A stretch of DNA of 64,000 bases from assembly GCA_951406725.2 (NCBI GenBank), contig OX597819.1, positions 83,080,001 through 83,144,000 of the forward strand, written 5' to 3'. Under the pieces are notes generated by a model, which did not search any database, had not been told where the DNA came from, and was given only the letters and a program-made list of their open reading frames with translations. The stretch comes from Octopus vulgaris. Lineage: Eukaryota. Position 1 is the first letter of the stretch, and every line of letters starts with the position of its first letter. Shown here in pieces: positions 55,888-64,000 of this stretch. The translations under genes and the position numbers were made by a program.

Positions 55888-57094
55888 CAGGGTGAGTCAG
55901 CTATTTAAAACCAAAGCTCTTAAGAATGATAAGTTATCCAAACCTGTCCTTTCTTTATACAAATCCCAACATAGAAGCTTCAAAATTAGTGCATACAATG
56001 AAAAGGCATGCCGTCCTCCTCGTTTTAGTTGCCAACTACAGTGATTCTCAGATGGCACCCTTCTTAAATGTCACCAGATCCTTCTTGTTTATGAATAGAA
56101 AATAGCTCTAGTCCTCTAACGGAAATGTGTCTTCGGTGGCCAAAATGACAACATATTCTCAATGGTCAGACTTTCTCAGAAAAGTTCAGTTTGTCCAGCA
56201 AGTCCGAGGCATCATCAACGAGATTACCGTGAAGCCAGTGAGACCCATTGCCAATCATCTCCATTAGACGTATTATGCATGAAAACATCGGATAAAAACC
56301 CTATGCTATGAGAAAAGGGTGATTCATACCCGATAAGACGCGGGAAAACAATGTTATACGGTCGAATCGTTACTCAAGCTCTCCGAGGAGTCCGATATGC
56401 TTTGGATGAGAAGGCCTTAGTCCAAGATATGAAGTGAACAGGAGAAATGACAGATGGTTCTGTGCCAGCCTCACTGAAATCCCTGCTGTTATGCACACCA
56501 AGTTCCTATCGTCTGGGATGGTCTTCGGGGTCATTAGCAATGAGAGCTCCTCACTTTTCCTGCAAGGTCTTAGGGGCAATGCAACAATCTACATCGAGTC
56601 ATTGGAAACGTGTCAAGGCCTGGATCAAGGGAGATGCTCGGGGCAAGATGTACATATTCCAGCAAGATTCTGCTCCCTCTTGCACAACCTGCAAGACTAA
56701 AGGGTGAATGGCTGAACATTTTCAAGATCATGTTACCACTAATATTTGGTCTCCTCGTCCACCTTATTTAACCCCGCCCCATGAGTACTACGATAGGAGT
56801 GTCGTTAAGCGAGAGATTAATAAAAATGCCCACAATACTGAAGGACTCTATGATGCCTGCTATTGGGAACATTAAGGCCGATATCGGTGAAAATCACCTG
56901 ATCAACACATTTAGTCGTTTCAGCAGCTATATCGAGATATTAATGAGGCTGATAACAGTTTTATTGAATTTATTTTTGCGATGTATATGTAAGAATATGT
57001 ATACCTAATTCTAAAAAAAAATATTATATTGGTTTATCAAATATGATTATTTTACTTAAATTATAAATTGTCCTCAAATTGTTGATGCACCCTA
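55888..57094 (+). mobile_element. Full-length decayed maT/mori (DD37D)-like transposon
   Basis: TA|CAGGGTG ... CACCCTA|TA ends. NRRNDRW, VMHTKF, GMVFGVISNE, YIFQQDSAP and a WSP..P.L.P motif. Confidence 0.82.
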
Positions 57095-57984
57095 TATATA
57101 TGTGAGCTATTAAAATTGAAATCATTTCAAAAAGTAAACAAAAATACTTTTTGAAATTTTACGGAAGAGAAGTTTATGAATGTAGTTGTATCTGTTCAAT
57201 CGAATACATGCATATAGATGCATGTAAAATTTCCTATCTTTACGAAAATTACCATTATCGTTTCAAAAATTAGCCCATGACATTACATAACTGACTTTTA
57301 AACATTTACATATTTGTTTCACTTACTCGGGATACCCAAGTCTATTTTTGTACTCATCCCGGTTTCATTTTCAATTCTGCCTTTATATGTAATTATTGCA
57401 AACATTTGTCTCTTTTGTGTTTTTTAACGTAGTTTATTTTCGGTTATTTTCACATTATTTCTTAGTTGGAATGCCTTTGCCGAAATTTTACTTTAATATA
57501 CTTGTTAATTGTTGTAATTATAATATAATCTTAGTTTTTATGAATATTTACTTATATTAAATTCAGCTGTAGTTATATCTTTGGTCAGGTTATACATGAT
57601 CAGTTACTACTAGACTGCTTAGTAGAAACAAATAGCATAATCCTTTATTTTAACTTTAATTTCAAGTACAAATCAACCTGAGCTTAAGTATGAAATACAA
57701 ATTTAATCATACCATTGCATCTCTAATGTGTTGGTATTTTATTTTGTTTGATATATCTTACACTTTGTAAAATTTTATCACAATATTCAGTGATTTGATG
57801 ATGTAGAGAGGACATTTCTTATTTATCCTAACCAATTTTTCTACAGTACATTTTGACCCTCCAGAGACTTGTTGCAAAATGACAATTGTAATGAGTCATG
57901 TGAAATCTTTCCCTTGTTGTTCATTTTTTAGGGTTCTGTGAATTAGTTATTCATATTTTAGGAAGTTAAAAATAAATTGAAGTT

Positions 57985-58626
57985 CATCATCATCATCATC
58001 ATCGTTTAACGTCCGCTTTCCATGCTAGCATGGGTTGGACGGTTCAAGTGGGGCCTGGGAAGCCAGAAGGCTGCACCAGGCCCAGTCTGATCTGGCAGTG
58101 TTTCTACAGCTGGATGCCCTTCCTAACGCCAACCACTCCGTGAGTGTAGTGGGTGCTTTTTACGTGCCACTGACACAGGTGCCAGACGAGGCTGGCAAAC
58201 GGCCACGCTCGGATGGTGCTTTTTACGTGCCACCGGCACGGAGGCCAGGCGAGGCTGGCAACAGCCACGATCCGATGGTGTTTTTTACGTGCCACCGGCA
58301 CGGAGGCCAGTCAGGATGGTGCTGGCTACGGCCACGTTCGGATGGTTCTCTTACGTGCCACTGGGACTGGTATCACAACTACAAATTCCATTGATGTTGA
58401 TCGATTTCGATTTTGATTTTGATTTTCACTTGCCTTAACAGGTCTTCACAAGTAGAGTTTTGTGTCCCAAGAAGGTAAGGTATGCATAGGTTGACTGACT
58501 ACGTCCCAGGTAGAGGCCACGGGTTATGGCCTTACTTGTCCTGCCGGGTCTTCTCACGCACAGCATACTTCCAAAGGCCTCGGTCTCTGGTCATTTCCTC
58601 GGTGAGACCTAAAGATCGAAGGTCGT
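57985..58626 (-). mobile_element. 3' end of an RTE-clade LINE with long 3' UTR and (ATG)n tail
   Basis: DLRSLGLTEEMTRDRGLWKYAVREKTRQDK* then a UTR containing ggttggcgttaggaagggcatccagctgtagaaa. A related tail lies at about 1480-1545. Confidence 0.72.
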
Positions 58627-60199
58627 CAAATAGAAGAGAAACTTGACAATATTAATACCCATCATGGGGTATTTTAAGTATCTTATACTTTCTATAAATA
58701 TTATGTATGTGGTTTGAAAATAAAGAAAGTAATTTATTCAATATACTCTTTCTGGAGTTATTCTTGTGGGGATGATGAAAGAGAGATATTATGAAGTATT
58801 ATGATCAGGTTAAAACATTATTACAAACTCACCTTGGCTACATTTGGAATTCTTTATGTATTTTCAGACCTGGTTGAAGAGATAAATTTTCATTGTTTAA
58901 TAGCAATACGACAAAAGAGCTTCTATTTCAAAACAGGAGTTTCTTTAATGATAGAAGATTGAATAAATCCAATGAGAAACTTTGCATTTAGGTTTCTTGC
59001 TTCAATGCATTACTATAGTTATTGCAATGTTATGGATAATGTTTTTCCTTTTTGTAGAACTTGTTCAATGTGAAAAAGAATAACAATAGGAAATTTTGAA
59101 ATTCTTTAAGGTCAAAGTTGTATGAAATGAGGCAAAAAAATGTCATGACCATTACTTGCACCATGAAGGAAAAACTGTAATCAGTTGCATCAGTGAGGAA
59201 GTGTATAAATGTAATGATTGTTGTAAGAAAGTAATCAATGGCTTTTAGACATTCATATTACAATCAATTTCAAGATTTTGTTGTAACTTTCAGATTATTA
59301 GAATATCTGTCAAGGTTTGAGAATCAAGGAGTTTCTCTCTTTATTTCATGATTTTCTCTGAGATATTAGTTTTTATTTTAATGAACATTGTATTATTTTG
59401 TCTATTTTGTGGCACTAGTATTTACTGTAAATAAAATTAGTTAATATTGTTATGGTACAGGTTAAAGAATGCAAAATATCAGGACAATGATTTTATACCA
59501 AAATCATCAACTTTTTCTTCTTCTTCTAAATGTTATTGCTGTTGTTTAGCCCTAGGTCAGTACTGATTGCATTTATTACCTACAATCAAAAGTATTCGAT
59601 ACATCATTAGTTCACTTTTGGGGGGATGGGGACGTAGCGTGTATCTAGCATTATAATATGAATTATAGCTTTCATTTTATTAATGAGAGGGAGTGGTTAA
59701 CAAAATATTTGATTATTATTTCTAGTGGGTTAAGTAACTACAAAGAGTATTCCTTATCAACTCCATCCTGTTGAATGAAAAAGCAAGAGAAATATATCAT
59801 GCAGTACTCTTTTTTCTCTTCTTTATCTAATCCATTCTATGCATCAGATAAAACTGCAGAATACTGATTGCATTGTCTGGGTCACTTTGTCATTTATACT
59901 CTAGTTTGTATGACAAGTGATAGCCGATATGTCCTTATGAACTTGTTATGTATAGACTTACAGCAGTAAATAATTGTAAGGTATTGCTTGAAGACTGTAA
60001 GCAAGTTACTAGTTGACAAAAAGGATTTTGTGATTGTTGAATTCTTTCTTCAGTAAAGATGTTGCTTTTTGGGAAAAAGTAAGTACAATCTTTTTTTGTT
60101 GAAAGAATGTTACTTTTTCAAAGTTAACATGTTTCTTGGCAAGTGTTCAAATTAAGTTTTATTTCTCATGTGTAAATTTATAATCCATACCAATCACAG

Positions 60200-60263
60200 A
60201 ACGACTCTGTCATAATACTTCAAAACCAACTTTGACTGATGGGACAGATGATGAGAAATGCAA
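60200..60263 (+). CDS. Exon 8 (type A): (E)RLCHNTSKPTLTDGTDDEKC
   Basis: Acceptor ccataccaatcacag|AA (weak pyrimidine tract), donor CAA|GTAAGT, 64 nt, phase compatible, sequon NTS. Confidence 0.75.
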
Positions 60264-60764
60264 GTAAGTAATTTTTGTTATGTAAGTACATTGATATGTT
60301 TAATCCAATATTATAAGAGGAATGTTCATCAGAAAAATATGGAAAACATGTTAGTGAATTAGGTGTCAATAAAATATTAGTGTTCTATTTTAGATAATGA
60401 AATTTAGCTCCTCAATGTATTTGTTATGATTTATGCTAGATTTTAGGGAAAATAATTGTTACATATCACTGACATGAACATGAACCCAATAAAATATTAA
60501 TATTACAAAAGTAAAGATTAATAACTGTCATCAATCACTCTTTTAAAAAAATCTTCACTTAGTAAAACATTTTTCTAACTTGCACTTTTGGCTTAGTGAA
60601 GATAAGTAAGAGACAGGGAAGCGTTTTTCAAATTTTTTTAATATGCTTACAAAAAATGTTAACATTTCAATTTATAGGCATATGTTAGACTTATGAATGT
60701 GGTATTTAAAAAATGATAAATATAAACACCACTAGATCAACAATATTGCCTTGGTGCAGCAGTT

Positions 60765-61240
60765 GATCTATTGAGAGAGTCTGAAAAAGCTAAGACTTTT
60801 GGAGAGAAGGCATAAATGATATGCAGTGATATGTATATATTGAAGATCCTGGAAAGTTAAGCACCCAACTTTGGAATTGAAAGATATACCAGACACCAGA
60901 CTGGATGCCACTACACAGTACCAAAGATTTAACATTCTCCATCCAAAGTAACAACCCAATACTGTAACAGTTTAGGATTCAAAGGCCCACAACTTTTCAA
61001 AACTTTGCTTAAAAGCCTCAGTTATCTATGGTGTGTAGCAGTGGGTGTATTCAAAGAACACTTGCACAAATTTTTATCTGATATACCAGATGAACCCACA
61101 TCACATCAACAAATGCAAAGAAGGGCAGCTCTGTCCAACTCACTACTTAACTGGACCAATTCCAGAGCCAAAGCCAGAAAATTAGTTTAAAATAATCAAG
61201 AGAGGAAGCTAATAGCTGTGCTCCATCATGGCCTGAAACT
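60765..61240 (+). mobile_element. 3' end of a CR1-group LINE
   Basis: Degenerate ERLKKL..LERR and NSLGFKGPQLF...VGVFKEHLHKFLSDIPDEPT...RAALSNSL. Confidence 0.68.
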
Positions 61241-62675
61241 AATGAGAAACTAGCAGAACAAAATACAATATATTTATCTTTATTCCATAGTTTATCACAT
61301 TGATATTTCTAGAGATTGATTAAGTATCCCACTGCACCACTTATGTTACCTCAGCCTTCATAATACTAAATACTTTGAGCTTTTGCATTTACTTTCATGC
61401 TTTTAATTTTACTGACGTGCTGTTCTCTTGTCACTATAAAAATCTCTCTTAACTGTAATGAGTTTATCTAGAGGTTTCAACTTGCAATCTTTTGTACAAA
61501 ATTTGCACATGACTCTAAGAAATTGATATTATCCAAGGATATAATTTCTACATTGAACATGCATTGTACATAAAATGTTTCTTATCAATTATTGATGTAT
61601 AATTAGCTCTGCAAATCGTTGACAAAACCCACTGCTTTAATTGCCACAATAAACATACAAAGGATTCTTAGTCAAGCAAGGTACTTAACTTTACTATCTA
61701 CCTTGTCGTGTAATGTAGCATGGAGAGTTAAAGTGGAGACACAATACAACGGATATCTGTTTTAACAGATGATTACAAATATGTTTAGGTTCCACTAAGA
61801 GGAATATAAGTTCTAAAATTGCAATTCACCTCCTACTAAGGATAAAATCCTCAAGAGAATAGAGAAATTACAGTGGTGAGAAAACTTTCAAATCTAGTTT
61901 ATATCTACAATGAATTGTATAGTGGTGCAATTTTTCAATGGCAGCTATTGCATTTCATCAATGGATTTTTTCCTTAAAGAAATCTGTTTATCTTTTGTTG
62001 AAGAGCTCTCCAGATAAACTAACTACAGTGTTTGTAGAATTAATTTTCGTTCCTCAATTTATCAAATAATTATCCGAATATATTAAATATTTCATCAGGA
62101 TATTACCATCAACTTTATATTAAGCTTATCAGAACAGTAGTATGCTTCAATTAGTAGAAAAATAATTCATCACTAAACCTAAAGACATTCAGTATTTAAT
62201 TTTGTCCTGATATGTGATGAGTTAAGATGTTGTTGTGGATGATATTTCATTCTCACTTCTCTGAAAATTGATATAGTAAGAACATGTCATCTGCTGGAGG
62301 AAATTATGCCATGTATTGTAGCCTAAAATTATTTAGTTTTAAATGAATATAAGATATTATTTTCCTCTTGCCACCTTCTGTTAAAATGGTAAATTTACAT
62401 TGATATTCTTTTATTGTAAATCCTATTTGTGCACACTTATTCTATCCACTAATAATTTCTGTTCACTTTTAACAATACTTAACTTCTGGAATGGGTACAA
62501 AGTCACAAATATTTAGGGGGAAAGTACGGTTGTATGAATCAAACCTACTACATAGCAAGTACTTGTCAGATTCAGAAGATGCAGTCAGGTCCTTTGTTCT
62601 CAGCATTACAATTTCTTCTAATCTTTTGTAAAATAAAATGTTGAATTCCTACTTTAATTGCGATATATTTTTTAG

Positions 62676-62764
62676 CACATTGAAAGCATACAAATCAAAT
62701 TTAAACAATAAGAATTGCAAGATACCAGACGACATGGAGTCAGAATACAAAGCTTTAAAATGTG
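62676..62764 (+). CDS. Exon 9 (type B): (N)TLKAYKSNLNNKNCKIPDDMESEYKALKC; gene probably continues
   Basis: Poly-T acceptor ...tttag|C, donor GTG|GTAAGC, 89 nt (same length as exon 3, both end LKC). No stop codon reached. Confidence 0.82.
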
Positions 62765-64000
62765 GTAAGCTTCTATACATTTAAATAATATTTGCTATCT
62801 TTATTTGATGATTTAGTAACTGATGTCTTGCATTCAGTTCCATAAATCACTAATCTCTCACTCTGTTTTGAGAACTCACTTTATAATAATTTTCAAAGAA
62901 CATCATTATAATCATGCAATTTTAGTCATATTGAGCCTACATAGCACTTGTTCAAATGTACTAATTTTAAAGTTCATTTTTTACATTAGATGCAAATAAT
63001 ATGTTCACAAGTTTTTTTTAAAAGATGAAGTAAGAAGAAACACAAAATAATGTACTGTTTATTATTGATGTAAATTCTAGACATAATTCTCTCAATAAAT
63101 AAAACTCAAAACATATTAATGACATTTCAATACAGACTGCAAATCATCCCCTATTAATCATCAACATTCTGGTTTTCATCAAGAACAAAATATGTAACTA
63201 ATATAGAAGATGGGAAAATTTGTAACATCTTCTGCAGGATCTGAATACCTCATATACTATAAACAGTATAGCTGTATTTAAACACTACATCAATGTGACA
63301 TCACAAATTTTGAACAACGAAATTAGTACACTTAGATTAAGTAACTACATTGGAATACCAGTGACCTATCAACAGGGACCTCAGTTCACACAGTGTTCAG
63401 GATATTGCATTATATATATCTAATATAGAAGACGGAAAAAGTTGTGAAACTGTCTATGAGATTCGAGTATCACATCTACAGTAAACCACATAGTTAGTTT
63501 TGGTGCAGCTAACCACTATAACATTGTGATGTTACAATATTTCACCCATTTAGTAGAATTTAATTTAGTAGTTGCAATGATATACTAGTGATCTTTCAAT
63601 GAAGATTTTAATCCACACAGTAGTCAAGATTTAATATGAATCACATATCTTAATGTCAGAAAGAACCTGAAAGTGAGTGAAGAAATTTCATAAGAGTTCA
63701 GTGTGGTCCATTTGTTCAAGTGGTTATCATTGATTTCATTATTGGCAAAACAATTTTCACCAACCTTCAAGTTCTTAAAATGTTATATTGTCTGAAAGTT
63801 CTGAGTGTTTTTAAGCTAAATCTTTTAATGCTTCATTGAACACACCTGAAACGTAACACAGTTAAAGCTTTGGTGTTGCTTGAAGTGGTAGGGCATCTCT
63901 TCTTTGTTCCTGACTAAAAAACAGTTTTATCTTTCATTCTGGTTACCCTTTATTGACATTTGAAATGGATAATCAAACATTTCATATTTGCATTGTAATG

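Noticed and set aside
58150-58365. CRISPR-like regular repeats
   Set aside because: Eukaryotic context, the whole unit repeats with no unique spacers, and no cas genes.
58833-58869. Minus-strand mini-exon with a good acceptor and AAG|GTGAGT donor
   Set aside because: Stops in all three frames and no partner exons found.
63136-63200. Candidate terminal exon (DCKSSPINHQHSGFHQEQNM*)
   Set aside because: Weak acceptor and an unpaired Cys; cannot be supported without transcripts.

Overview
AT-rich eukaryotic genomic DNA dense in (TA)n/(CA)n/(TATG)n/(TAA)n microsatellites, tRNA-derived SINEs, decayed Tc1/mariner, pogo and Helitron DNA transposons and non-LTR retrotransposons. The repeat content looks like a coleoid cephalopod, probably Octopus (inference from recognised repeat types, no search run). 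Almost all ORFs in the supplied track are microsatellite or transposon artefacts. Three things stand out. (1) A + strand spliced gene that the ORF track misses, read by hand from 9 small GT-AG exons between 23544 and 62764. It gives a 242-aa open frame that probably continues past the window: a signal peptide followed by four ~55-aa cysteine-rich modules, each encoded by a phase 1-2-1 exon pair. Paired cysteine loss between modules implies C1-C5/C2-C4/C3-C6 disulfides, resembling the RGM N-terminal/neuritin helical fold. (2) At least eight minimal type I hammerhead-ribozyme-like motifs in Penelope-type foldback or partial-tandem repeats, four with a recurrent CCGA core instead of CUGA. (3) A stack of five different retroelements separated by (TAA)n arrays (15.5-22.1 kb), led by a near full-length R4/Dong-clade element. 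All coordinates were read by eye and may be off by a few bases at repeat edges.
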